Source: a bacterium (lineage in GTDB: Bacteria > UBA8248). Taken from it: a DNA stretch of 64,000 bases. Location: assembly GCA_965221165.1 (NCBI GenBank), contig CBDCRP010000002.1:960001-1024000 (forward strand), given 5' to 3'. The translations under genes were made by a program, and so were the position numbers. Below, piece by piece: positions 30,902 to 40,331 of the stretch; the first letter of the stretch is position 1, and each line of letters starts with the position of its first letter. Under the pieces are notes generated by a model, which ran no database searches, was not told the origin of the DNA, and was given only the letters and a program-made list of their open reading frames with translations.

Positions 30902-32212
30902 CTATTTTTCCGGAATGAGGCCGCGCGGACTGAAGCGCAGAACCAGCAACAGGAGCACTCCCATGGTCATCAACCGCATGTGTGCCGCGCTTTCGAGCAG
31001 ATGGCGTCTTAAAGCGTTGTCTTCCGCCAAGCCGGAAGTGATCAGATCCATCAGCCACAGACCGATGGGTTCGGCCTCGACCCAGAAGAACCAGATCACG
31101 AAGCCACCCAGAACGGCGCCCCAGTTATTGCCCGACCCGCCGACGATGACCATCACCCAGATGGTGAAGGTGAAACGAAGCGGCTGGTAGGAGGCGGGCG
31201 TGAACTGCCCGTCCAGGGTGGTGAGCATGGCCCCGGCGACACCGACCACCGCCGAGCCCAGGACGAACACCTGGAGATGGCGGCTCGTGACGTCTTTTCC
31301 CATGGCGGAGGCGGTGAGTTCGTTGTCCCTGATGGCCCGCATCATCCTACCCCACGGCGAATGCAACGCCCGCTCGGAGAGCCACAACACCACGAGGAGA
31401 ACGATGGCGAACAGCCCCGCGTAGCACAATTTGACGAAGATCGAGGAAAACTCCACCGGCGAAACGCCCAGGCCGGCGGCCAGGTCCTGAAACCACAGAG
31501 CCTGCTGAAGGTCGACCTCATACGGCACGGGGCGGGGCAGACCGCTCACGTTTTTCACGCCACGGGTCAGCCAGTCCTCGTTCTTGAGGACGGCGATGAT
31601 GATCTCGGCAATACCCAGCGTGGCGATGGCCAGATAGTCGGCCCTCAATCCTAAAGTAATTTTTCCGAGCACCCAGGCGACGGCGGCGGCGAACAGGCCG
31701 CCTGCTATCCAGGATAAGAGGATGGGCAACCCGAGGCCGCCCAGGAAACCGGCTTTTATGGGGTCCACGGCCTCGATGGCTTCTACCGCAGGATAAAAAA
31801 CCGCGCGCGCGAGAAAATAGCCGAAGATGATGATGCAGGCGAGGACGAGCTTTCGCGGCGCTCCGGCAGGCGTGCGTCTGGCGGCGAAAATGGCGGCCAG
31901 AATCGTCGCCAAAGAGATGCCCAGGGCGACGATAATGCCGACGCCGCCTGCTTCCCAGGCCGTCGGGACGGGCGTCACGGAGATGAGAACCGCCGTCACC
32001 CCGCCCAGCGCCGCGAACCCCATCACCCCGATGTTGAAGAGTCCGGCATAGCCCCACTGTATGTTGACGCCCAGAGACATCACGGCCGATATCAGGCAGA
32101 GATTCAGGATCGCCAGCGCCAAGGGCCAGCTTTGGACCAGGCCGACCACGGCCAAAGCCGTGAACATGGCGGCGAACATGAAGATGGCGCGCGTACGGTC
32201 TGTGGGGTTCAT
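30902..32212 (-). CDS. livM: Branched-chain amino acid ABC transporter permease (LivM-like)
   Basis: GYAGLFNIG, LRADYLAIATLG, RAIRDNE and VGGSGN motifs. True start MNPTD at 32212. Confidence 0.88.
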   Translation of the reverse strand: MNPTDRTRAIFMFAAMFTALAVVGLVQSWPLALAILNLCLISAVMSLGVNIQWGYAGLFNIGVMGFAALGGVTAVLISVTPVPTAWEAGGVGIIVALGISLATILAAIFAARRTPAGAPRKLVLACIIIFGYFLARAVFYPAVEAIEAVDPIKAGFLGGLGLPILLSWIAGGLFAAAVAWVLGKITLGLRADYLAIATLGIAEIIIAVLKNEDWLTRGVKNVSGLPRPVPYEVDLQQALWFQDLAAGLGVSPVEFSSIFVKLCYAGLFAIVLLVVLWLSERALHSPWGRMMRAIRDNELTASAMGKDVTSRHLQVFVLGSAVVGVAGAMLTTLDGQFTPASYQPLRFTFTIWVMVIVGGSGNNWGAVLGGFVIWFFWVEAEPIGLWLMDLITSGLAEDNALRRHLLESAAHMRLMTMGVLLLLVLRFSPRGLIPEK

Positions 32213-33222
32213 GGCGCTCTCCGCCCGAAAATGCCGGTGGGACGGAGCAGCAGCACCAGTACCAGTATGACGAAGGAAACCGCGAACTTGTAATCCGTGG
32301 ACAACAATTGCACCAACCCTTGCGGCGCCCAATCGCCGGGCAGGGAATAGGCGAGGAATTTCTTGTAGGCGTAGGTGAGCGTGACTTCGGAGAAGGCGAT
32401 GGTGAAGCCTCCTGCGATCGCGCCCAGCGGGTTGCCCAGTCCACCGATGATGGCGGCGGCGAAGATGGGCAGCAGGAGATGGAAATAGGTGAACGGCTTG
32501 AAGCTCTTGTCCAGGCCATACAGGACACCTGCGATGGTGGCGAGCGCCGCGGCTATTATCCAGGTGGTACGAACGACCCGTTCCGGATCGATCCCCGAGA
32601 GCAGGGCCAGGTCTTCGTTGTCCGAATATGCGCGCATGGATTTGCCGGTGCGCGTGCGGTTCAGAAACCAGAACAGCGCCGCCACCACGAGCACCGCCGT
32701 CAGGATGGTCAAACCCTGCGTAGTCTTGAAGGCGACGCCCTCGCTGAAACCGCTCAGGCGCTTGAAGGCTGGGGCCGTGATGATGAAACGCTCCCCGTCG
32801 ACGAACCACCGATCGCCTGGCCCGATGATGAAGCGCACCACGCTGTTGTAGACGAACATCACCCCGACCGAGACGATCATCAACACCTCGGGTTTCGCCT
32901 TCACCCGACGGTAGAAACGATACACCCATCGATCGAACAACAGGCAAAGAGCTATCGTGCAGAGGACACCGAACGGCAGGGCCAGCAACGCTGTCGGCAA
33001 CGGCGCGATCGAAACGCCCCAAGATTGCAGCAACCAAGTCAGCAGGATGGTCGCCATGGCCCCAAAGGCCATGGTGTCGCCCTGGGCGAAGTCCGAAAAG
33101 CGCAAGATGGCGTATATCAAGGTGACGGCCAGAGCTCCGAGCGCCAACTGACTGCCATACGCCATGCTGGGAACGATGACGAAATTCGACAACAGGATCA
33201 GCGCGTTCAGGATGCCGTCCAT
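32209..33222 (-). CDS. livH: Branched-chain amino acid ABC transporter permease (LivH-like)
   Basis: FAQGD, GKSMRAYSDN and IIGGLGN motifs. Confidence 0.88.
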   Translation of the reverse strand: MDGILNALILLSNFVIVPSMAYGSQLALGALAVTLIYAILRFSDFAQGDTMAFGAMATILLTWLLQSWGVSIAPLPTALLALPFGVLCTIALCLLFDRWVYRFYRRVKAKPEVLMIVSVGVMFVYNSVVRFIIGPGDRWFVDGERFIITAPAFKRLSGFSEGVAFKTTQGLTILTAVLVVAALFWFLNRTRTGKSMRAYSDNEDLALLSGIDPERVVRTTWIIAAALATIAGVLYGLDKSFKPFTYFHLLLPIFAAAIIGGLGNPLGAIAGGFTIAFSEVTLTYAYKKFLAYSLPGDWAPQGLVQLLSTDYKFAVSFVILVLVLLLRPTGIFGRRAP

Positions 33223-33226
33223 CGCC

Positions 33227-33949
33227 TCAGCCGCCCAGGAACGCCCGGCGGACTTCCGTGTTCATCATCAGGGCCGGGCCGGTGTCGGTATAGCGGTTTC
33301 GCCCCTGCACCAGCACGTATCCCCTGTCGGCGATGCTCAGCGCCTGGCGGGCGTTCTGCTCCACCATCAGAACGGCGATGCCGCTTCCGGCGATGTCGAG
33401 AATGCGCACGAACAATTCGGTCATCACGATGGGCGAGACCCCCGCCGTGGGTTCATCGAGCATCAACACCTTCGGACGGGTCATGAGCGCGCGGCCCACC
33501 GCCACCTGCTGGCGCTGGCCGCCGGATAGTTCGCCCGCGAGCTGGCGGCGCTTCTCCTTGAGGACGGGAAAGAGGTCGAACACCTCCCCCATGGTGTCCG
33601 CAATGTCTTCGCAGCGAATGAAGGCCCCCATCTCCAGGTTTTCCTCCACCGTCATGGAGGTGAAGACGTTGCCGGTTTGCGGCACCAGACTCATGCCGCT
33701 GACGACGCGATCCTGCGGCGTCAGCCCGGTGATGTCCTCCCCGCCCAGGCGAACCGAACCCTCGCGCATCTCCAGCATGCCGAAGAGCGCCTTCATCGCC
33801 GTGGATTTGCCCGAGCCGTTGGGGCCGACGACGACCGTGATTTCTCCGCATCGGGCGCCGATGGTGCACCCGTGCAGAATGTCCGGTCCGCCGTAGCCGC
33901 CGGTCATGTTCTCGCCGAGGAGATAATCTTCCGAATCATTCATCGTCAT
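33227..33949 (-). CDS. livF: ABC ATP-binding protein (LivF-like)
   Basis: GPNGSGKST, LSGGQRQ, LDEP and VEQN motifs. Confidence 0.9.
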   Translation of the reverse strand: MTMNDSEDYLLGENMTGGYGGPDILHGCTIGARCGEITVVVGPNGSGKSTAMKALFGMLEMREGSVRLGGEDITGLTPQDRVVSGMSLVPQTGNVFTSMTVEENLEMGAFIRCEDIADTMGEVFDLFPVLKEKRRQLAGELSGGQRQQVAVGRALMTRPKVLMLDEPTAGVSPIVMTELFVRILDIAGSGIAVLMVEQNARQALSIADRGYVLVQGRNRYTDTGPALMMNTEVRRAFLGG

Positions 33950-34727
33950 CGGTTCGGTTCGGCTTGTCTTTGCGGCGCCCGCCCAGATAGGCCGTGATGA
34001 CCTGCTCGTCGGCCTTCACCTCCTCGACGCCGCCCTGTGCGAGAATCGCGCCCTCGGCCATGACGATCACGGGATCGCAAAGGCGCGAGATGAAATCCAT
34101 GTCGTGCTCTATCATGCAGAACGTATAGCCGCGCTCGCGCTGCAATCGCAGAATCGCATCGCCCAGCGTTTTGAGCAGGGTGCGGTTCACGCCGGCGCCC
34201 ACCTCGTCGAGAAGAACGATCTTCGCGTCGGCCATCATGGCGCGGCCCAGTTCCAGGAGTTTCTTCTGGCCGCCGGAGAGGTTCCCTGCCAGTTCGTCGG
34301 CTACCTGCGTGATTTGAAGAAACTCGATGACTTCCTCGGCCTTGGCCCGAACGCGCTCTTCTTCGGAGCGCACCAACTCGGGCTTCAGCCAGGCTCCGAG
34401 CAGGTTTTCTCCCGCCTGGCCCGAGGGCACCATCATGAGGTTTTCGCGCACCGTCAGGGTGGAGAATTCCTGCGCGATCTGAAAGGTGCGCAGCATGCCC
34501 ATGGCGCACAATTCATGAGGCTTGAGACCGGTGACGTTCTCCCCATCGAGATAGACGCTGCCCGACGTGGGGCGGTAAACCCCGGCGATGACGTTGAACA
34601 GCGTGGTCTTGCCCGCGCCGTTGGGGCCGATGAGACCGGTGATGCGGCCGCCGTCGATAGTGAGGGAAACGCCATCGACGGCGCGAATGCCGCCAAAGTG
34701 CATGTGTAGATCAACGACCGAGATCAT
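33936..34727 (-). CDS. livG: ABC ATP-binding protein (LivG-like)
   Basis: GPNGAGKTT, LSGGQKK and IEHDM motifs. Confidence 0.9.
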   Translation of the reverse strand: MISVVDLHMHFGGIRAVDGVSLTIDGGRITGLIGPNGAGKTTLFNVIAGVYRPTSGSVYLDGENVTGLKPHELCAMGMLRTFQIAQEFSTLTVRENLMMVPSGQAGENLLGAWLKPELVRSEEERVRAKAEEVIEFLQITQVADELAGNLSGGQKKLLELGRAMMADAKIVLLDEVGAGVNRTLLKTLGDAILRLQRERGYTFCMIEHDMDFISRLCDPVIVMAEGAILAQGGVEEVKADEQVITAYLGGRRKDKPNRTDDDE

Positions 34728-34750
34728 AAAATCCGCAAGGAACGCCTGAC

Positions 34751-35935
34751 CTAGTGGTACCGCACGGTGGTGATCTTCCCACCCTTCACCAGTATCTCGC
34801 GGTAGTTGCCCGCGCTCTCACCAGCCCCGATCAGTTCGACCGCCGATGCGCCCACGTAATCGACGTCGCCACCCTTGGCGAGAATCTTGAGCGCTTTGGC
34901 CAGTTCACCGGGATAAATCTTCTCGCCCGGCGCATTGGCGACCATCATCACCTTGTCCTTGAGTTTCATGCTCTTGCTGGAGCCGGCCGCCTGCATGGCC
35001 AGGAGGATCAAGGCCGCGGCGTCATAGGATTCGGCCACGAACGGGGTGCCTCCCTTGAAGCCGGCCTTCTTGGCCAGCGCCCCGAGCTTCGCCGCACCCG
35101 GGCTGTCCGTGCCGGGCACGGTGCCGTAAGAACCATCGAGCGCCTTGCCGATCGCCTTCGGCAGGCTTTCGCCGATCATCCCGTCGGGCAGCACGAAGGT
35201 TTCGAACGCGCCGGTATCGACCGCCGCCCGGATGATGCCCTTGCCGCCCTGGTCCAGGTAACCGGCGACAATCAGAACATCGCCGCCTGCGGCTGCGAGT
35301 GCGCCGACTTCCGCCGTGTAGTCCGCCTTGCCGTCTTCATGCGCCGCGGAAATCGTAATCTTGCCGCCGGCCTTCTCGAAGTTGGTCTTGATGCTATCAG
35401 CCAGGCCCTTGCCATAATCGTTATTGGTGTAAGTCAAGGCCGCCGACTTGACGCCTCTTTCCTTCAAAACGGCGTTGAGAACCTGCCCCTGCCGGGCGTC
35501 GGAGGGAGCGGTGCGGAAGAACAGCCCATTGTCCTTGATGGTGGAAAGAGCAGGTGAAGTCGCCGAGGGGGAAATCATCACGACCCCGTTGGGCATAGCC
35601 ACGTTTTGCAGCATGGCGATGGTGACGCCGGAACAATCCCCCCCGACGATGGCGTTCACCTTATCGGACGTGACCAGACGCTCGGTCGCCGCCCTGGCGG
35701 CCGCTGAATCCGTACAAGTGCTATCGCCGCGCACCGAAACCACCTTGGCGCCGCCCAACAGGGCGCCGCTGTCGCTGACTTCCTTCATCGCCAATTCAGC
35801 GCCCTTGGCCATAGGCGGGGTGAGGGATTCAATGGGGCCCGTATAGCCGAAAATGACGCCCAATTTCACGGTTTCCGCACTGGCCGTCGCACCTGCAACT
35901 AAAACCAAAGCCATCGCAACCAGCAGTTTTTTCAT
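34751..35935 (-). CDS. ABC transporter substrate-binding protein (LivK/LivJ family)
   Basis: Signal peptide MKKLLVAMAL...ASA; SPSATSP, FRTAPSD and NNDYG motifs. Confidence 0.9.
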   Translation of the reverse strand: MKKLLVAMALVLVAGATASAETVKLGVIFGYTGPIESLTPPMAKGAELAMKEVSDSGALLGGAKVVSVRGDSTCTDSAAARAATERLVTSDKVNAIVGGDCSGVTIAMLQNVAMPNGVVMISPSATSPALSTIKDNGLFFRTAPSDARQGQVLNAVLKERGVKSAALTYTNNDYGKGLADSIKTNFEKAGGKITISAAHEDGKADYTAEVGALAAAGGDVLIVAGYLDQGGKGIIRAAVDTGAFETFVLPDGMIGESLPKAIGKALDGSYGTVPGTDSPGAAKLGALAKKAGFKGGTPFVAESYDAAALILLAMQAAGSSKSMKLKDKVMMVANAPGEKIYPGELAKALKILAKGGDVDYVGASAVELIGAGESAGNYREILVKGGKITTVRYH

Positions 35936-36353
35936 TGCTATATCTCCTTCAGGGTCATTGTTGAACAATAAGGTAGATAGTTAGGTCCTCCGCGTAGATG
36001 AAGCCGAATTATACACGAATAAGATGTTGAAAATCGATGAAATTCTTATTCATACACCCGGCGTATCAGGCAGGGGACTTGCCCGGCCTGCTCTTGCCAG
36101 GAACGCGAAGGGCGGGATGACACGCAAGGCCATCATACTGATTACATGAATCATTTTGCAAAAGGTAAGGCGGGAGAGCGCCTCACGGAACTTATTGTGG
36201 GTGTTGTGCGAAGCACCAAAATCTTTGGGTGTGTGTTTCAGCGCCTGTTCGTCATGGGTACGCACAGTGGCGAGGACAGGCACAGGAGACTCCATGTGAA
36301 ATCTCAGATCGCTTGCACCTTATCGACTCTATGATGTTTCCTTGATTTTCAGG

Positions 36354-36392
36354 TGGCACGCCCGGTAGGACTCGAACCTACAACGTTCGGAT
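36354..36392 (-). repeat. att-like direct repeat of the tRNA-Arg(TCG) 3' end
   Basis: TGGCACGCCCGGTAGGACTCGAACCTACAACgTTCGGAT matches 52281-52319 at 38 of 39 nt. Confidence 0.92.
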
Positions 36393-36632
36393 TCCCAATC
36401 GGTAGGTTGCGGCTTTCAATTTCTACATATCTAAACGTAAAAGAATAGCAAGTTCATAAAGGACACGCGACCTGGTACGCACTCTACAATTTTTGTTGGG
36501 GGATTTGTTACGCTTGTGGCAGTGACGATAACGCGTGCCGCCAGTCTGAGCGTGATCAACATCGAAAGGGCATTCCCGCTCCTTCACGACACGTTGCCGA
36601 CGCATAACAAGGACGGAAACGATATGGAATGA

Positions 36633-36662
36633 TTGACTCTTTTGGTGGTGTTGCCGTAAACT
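36633..36662 (+). promoter_or_regulatory. Putative sigma70 promoter of the respiratory cluster
   Basis: TTGACT-18nt-TAAACT, followed by AAGGAG before ATG 36693. Confidence 0.45.
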
Positions 36663-36692
36663 GATAAAGATTTAGCTAAGGAGTTCGCTCCA

Positions 36693-37436
36693 ATGATACG
36701 CAGATACTTCTTACTTTTCGTTTTTTCCCTGCTTTTTCTTTTTATCCCTAACTCTTCCCTGGCAAAGTACAAGGTCGCGCCCACCGCAGGCGGCGGAACC
36801 ATCGCCGGCCGGGTGAGCTTCGAGGGGGATACTCCCGCCCCCGTCAAATACATCATTACCAAGGACCATCACGCCTGTGGCAAAGGCCAGGTCACCCGCC
36901 AGGAGGTGGACGTGAAGGACGGCGCTCTCCGGGGCGTGATTGTCTATCTCCACAAGGTCAAGAAGGGCAAAGCCTTTTCCAAAAAAATCCAGAGCGTCGT
37001 GGTGGACCAGAAGAAGTGCGCCTATGTTCCCTACCTGCAAGTAGTCGCCGAAGGGGGCAAAGTCACCATCCTGAACAGTGACTCTGCCCATCACAACATT
37101 CACACCTACGAGATCATAGGCCGCTCCAAACGGTCCATGTGGAACATCTCTCAACCCAAATTCCGGAAAAAAGTCGTTCGCAAGGCCAAGGTTCGGCGAA
37201 GCCCCATCGTCCGGATCGAGTGTGACGTACACAACTGGATGAAGGGATTCCTCTTCGTGGCCAGGAACCCCTATTACGCGATCGTGAGCGGGGATGGGGC
37301 CTTTCAGATCAAGAATATACCCCCGGGGAAATACTCCCTGCGGGCGTGGCATCCGGCTCTGGGGATCAAGAAGAAAAAGATCACCATTTCCGCCGGTGGA
37401 AAGGAGACTGCCGCCTTCACGTTCTCTTCGAAATAA
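36693..37436 (+). CDS. Exported carboxypeptidase-regulatory-like beta-sandwich protein with a cupredoxin-like metal motif
   Basis: Signal peptide; HNIH ... CDVHNWM; C-terminal DGAFQIKNIPPGKYSLRAWH. Confidence 0.7.
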   Translation: MIRRYFLLFVFSLLFLFIPNSSLAKYKVAPTAGGGTIAGRVSFEGDTPAPVKYIITKDHHACGKGQVTRQEVDVKDGALRGVIVYLHKVKKGKAFSKKIQSVVVDQKKCAYVPYLQVVAEGGKVTILNSDSAHHNIHTYEIIGRSKRSMWNISQPKFRKKVVRKAKVRRSPIVRIECDVHNWMKGFLFVARNPYYAIVSGDGAFQIKNIPPGKYSLRAWHPALGIKKKKITISAGGKETAAFTFSSK

Positions 37437-37509
37437 GGCCGGATTTCCGGCCCAGAGGAGACGGATGTCCTATAGGGTATAGAACAGCTAGCTTTGGGAG
37501 GTAGGAAGA

Positions 37510-38616
37510 ATGGATTTAGTTCGCGCTGTCGGGTGTCGGGTGCTGAGCGGAATCCTGCTGACTGCCTGGATTTTTCTTCCTGCCGCGGGCTGGGGTGCTT
37601 CTTTCTCGCCTCTTCCGGCGCCCAAGGCCCAGAAGCCCGCCCGGACCGAGTTGGGCCGGCATCTGTTCTTTGAACCCCGGTTGTCGGGGGACGGAGGGAT
37701 CAGTTGCGCCACCTGCCATCAACCCGCCAAGGGATGGGGCGATGGACAGAGCCTGTCCACGGGCTATCCCGGGAGCAAGTATTTCCGAAACGCGCAGACC
37801 CTCCTGAACGCCACCTACCATAAACGAGTCTTCTGGGACGGTCGTCTGAGCGGGGCCGACCTGCCTACGCTCGTTCGGGATCACCTGACCGAGGCCCACT
37901 TCATGCTGGTTGACGGCCGGTTGTTTCCCGAGCGGCTCAAGCAGATTCCCCTTTATGTGAAGAAATTCAAAGAGGCCTACGGAGGGGAGCCTTCCTTCGG
38001 GGGCGCGCTGAAAGCCATCGCGGCGTTCCTCCATACCATCACCTCCCGGGACGTTCCTTTTGATGAGTATCTCAAGGGCGAGAAAAAAGCCCTTTCCTCC
38101 CAGGCCAAACAGGGCCTCGCCCTGTTCCAGGAGAAGGCCGGATGCGTCCAGTGCCATAACGGAGCTCTTTTGAGCGACGGAGACTTCCATGCGCTCGGCG
38201 TTCCTGAAAACGAGCAGATATTCAAAGATCCGCTGCGCCACATCACTTTCCGCCGGTTCAACAAGGTCATCGGCGTTCCGAATTTCATGAACCTCAGGGC
38301 CGACCCGGGTCTCTACGTCGTGACGAAAGAAGAGAGCGACCGGGGCAAGTTCCGCACGCCGACTTTGCGGGAAGTCGCTCGAACGGCCCCCTACATGCAC
38401 AACGGCGCATTCGCCACGCTTGAGGACGTCGTCGCCTTTTATGACAAGGGCGGCGGCCGCGGCCCCAACAAGAGTCCACGCTTGAAACCCCTGGGCCTCA
38501 AGGCGGATGAGCGTAAAGCCCTGGTGGAATTCCTGAAAAGTCTCTCCGGCGATCCGGTTTCCATGAAGGCGCCGAAGCTTCCCGAATATGAAGTCCGCAA
38601 GCTGGGTGATAATTGA
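37510..38616 (+). CDS. Diheme cytochrome c peroxidase/MauG family (IdrP-like)
   Basis: Signal peptide; CATCH and CVQCH; FWDGR; FRTPTLREVARTAPYMHNG. Confidence 0.9.
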   Translation: MDLVRAVGCRVLSGILLTAWIFLPAAGWGASFSPLPAPKAQKPARTELGRHLFFEPRLSGDGGISCATCHQPAKGWGDGQSLSTGYPGSKYFRNAQTLLNATYHKRVFWDGRLSGADLPTLVRDHLTEAHFMLVDGRLFPERLKQIPLYVKKFKEAYGGEPSFGGALKAIAAFLHTITSRDVPFDEYLKGEKKALSSQAKQGLALFQEKAGCVQCHNGALLSDGDFHALGVPENEQIFKDPLRHITFRRFNKVIGVPNFMNLRADPGLYVVTKEESDRGKFRTPTLREVARTAPYMHNGAFATLEDVVAFYDKGGGRGPNKSPRLKPLGLKADERKALVEFLKSLSGDPVSMKAPKLPEYEVRKLGDN

Positions 38617-38626
38617 GGAGACGGCC

Positions 38627-39766
38627 ATGAAAAGACGAATGAAAAATTGGTTCGTGGGTTCAACGATGGCCGTTTGCTTCATCGCCGTCCTTCTGACGGG
38701 AGGAGCCGGCTCGGCCCAGGAGGGGAAATTCCCTCCCCTGGGACCCCTTCCGCCGGTTCCGGTTCCGGCGGACAATCCCACCTCTCCGGCCAAGGTGGAG
38801 TTGGGCAAGCTCCTCTTTTTCGACGCCCGGTTGTCGGGGGACGCCAGCACGTCCTGCGCCTCTTGCCACAGCCCGGAGAGCGGCTGGGGAGACGGGGGGG
38901 ATCTGAGCCGGGGTTATCCGGGCACGCAGCACTGGAGGAACTCCCAGACAATCCTGAATTCAGCCTATTACGCAAAATTGTTCTGGGCCGGCGAGGTTCC
39001 GAGTCTGGAAGCGCAAGCCAAGAGCGCCGCCACCGGCAACGTGGCCGGGAACGGCGACACCATGATGATGGAGGAGCGTCTGCGCCAGGTGCCGGAGTAC
39101 GTCAAACGCTTTCGCGAGGTATTCGGAGCCGCCTGGCCGACCATCGACGACGCCTGGCGGGCCATTTCTGCCTTCGAGCGCACACTGGTCTCCAGGGCGA
39201 AGGACGTGCCGTTCGACCGCCACATGAAAGGGGACCGCAAGGCGCTTTCAGAAAGCGCGAAGCGGGGGTTGGCTCTTTTTCGCGGAAAGGCCCGGTGTGT
39301 CCAGTGCCATAACGGACCCCTGTTGTCAGACGATGACTATCACAACATCGGCGTTCCCCAAAATCCCGCATTCGAGGAAGACCCCCTGCGGCAGATTACC
39401 TTGCGTTTTCAGCACGTGATTCGGGGAGTACCGGAATCCGTGTACCGAAAGGCGGACCGGGATTTGGGGCTCTACTACACCACCAAGCGCAAGGCCGACC
39501 GGGGGAAGTTCCGTACCCCCAGCCTCCGGGAGCTGAAATACACGGCGCCCTATATGCATAACGGCGCATTTTTCGAGTTGGAAGAGGTCATTGATTTTTA
39601 TGACGAAGGAGGGGGAGAGGACCCGAACAAAAGTCCCCTTCTCAAGAAATTGGGGCTTTCAGACGAGGAGAAGGAGGATCTGCTGGCCTTTCTGCTGTCG
39701 ATATCGAGCGATAAGCCTTTGCTCGTTCAGCCACCTGAACTGCCGCCGTACGCGGCCATGCCGTAA
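38627..39766 (+). CDS. Diheme cytochrome c peroxidase/MauG family (IdrP-like, second paralog)
   Basis: GAGGAG RBS; signal peptide; CASCH and CVQCH; FRTPSLRELKYTAPYMHNG. Confidence 0.9.
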   Translation: MKRRMKNWFVGSTMAVCFIAVLLTGGAGSAQEGKFPPLGPLPPVPVPADNPTSPAKVELGKLLFFDARLSGDASTSCASCHSPESGWGDGGDLSRGYPGTQHWRNSQTILNSAYYAKLFWAGEVPSLEAQAKSAATGNVAGNGDTMMMEERLRQVPEYVKRFREVFGAAWPTIDDAWRAISAFERTLVSRAKDVPFDRHMKGDRKALSESAKRGLALFRGKARCVQCHNGPLLSDDDYHNIGVPQNPAFEEDPLRQITLRFQHVIRGVPESVYRKADRDLGLYYTTKRKADRGKFRTPSLRELKYTAPYMHNGAFFELEEVIDFYDEGGGEDPNKSPLLKKLGLSDEEKEDLLAFLLSISSDKPLLVQPPELPPYAAMP

Positions 39767-39776
39767 GGAGGAATCC

Positions 39777-40319
39777 ATGAGCCACGAAGCCAAGGAAACC
39801 CGGCCTTGCATGTCCCGGCGGGCCTTTCTCCTGACCGGCGGAACCGCCGTGAGCGTGGTGCTGGTTACGGGCATCCCCGGTCTGGCCGGGGCGGCCCTGC
39901 AGAAGGCTGCTTATCCCCGCAAGAGAATCGGCAAGCTCGGCAGTCTCAAGGTCGATGCGCCGCAATACTTCCAATACCCGTGGAAAGACGTCTTCTCGGG
40001 ATGCATGCTGCTCAAGTTGGGTGTCGAGGCCGGCGGCGGCGTCGGTTCCAAGAGAGACGTCGTGGCGTTCAGCACCATTTGCACCCACATGGGCGGTCCC
40101 CTTCAGGGCACCTACAACGGGAAGTACAAGGCCATTGGCCCGTGCCCCTTTCATTTGACGACCTTCGACCTGATGAAGCACGGCATGGTCGCGGCGGGAC
40201 AGGCCACGGAAAGCCTTCCCCAGGTCGTTCTGGAGACCCGTGGAGACGACATCTACGCGATCGGGATGATGGGCCTCATATACGGTTATCACTCAAACCT
40301 TGCGCCGCTACAGCGCTGA
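39777..40319 (+). CDS. idrB: Tat-exported Rieske small subunit (AioB/IdrB family)
   Basis: SRRAFLL Tat motif; CTHMGG...CPFHLTTFD; GQATESLPQV; GLIYG. Confidence 0.82.
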   Translation: MSHEAKETRPCMSRRAFLLTGGTAVSVVLVTGIPGLAGAALQKAAYPRKRIGKLGSLKVDAPQYFQYPWKDVFSGCMLLKLGVEAGGGVGSKRDVVAFSTICTHMGGPLQGTYNGKYKAIGPCPFHLTTFDLMKHGMVAAGQATESLPQVVLETRGDDIYAIGMMGLIYGYHSNLAPLQR

Positions 40320-40331
40320 GGAGGACGCACC

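Noticed and set aside
30902-33037. Apparent 711-aa fused permease; likewise extended ThiI (8807), RdgB (61986) and permease (54279)
   Set aside because: The N-terminal extensions overlap real upstream genes in another frame; the true starts are internal.
36354-36420. A fifth tRNA gene
   Set aside because: Only the 3' half is present; it is an att remnant.
36552-36565. FNR-like box GTGAT-N4-ATCGA
   Set aside because: Two mismatches and too far from the putative promoter to support.
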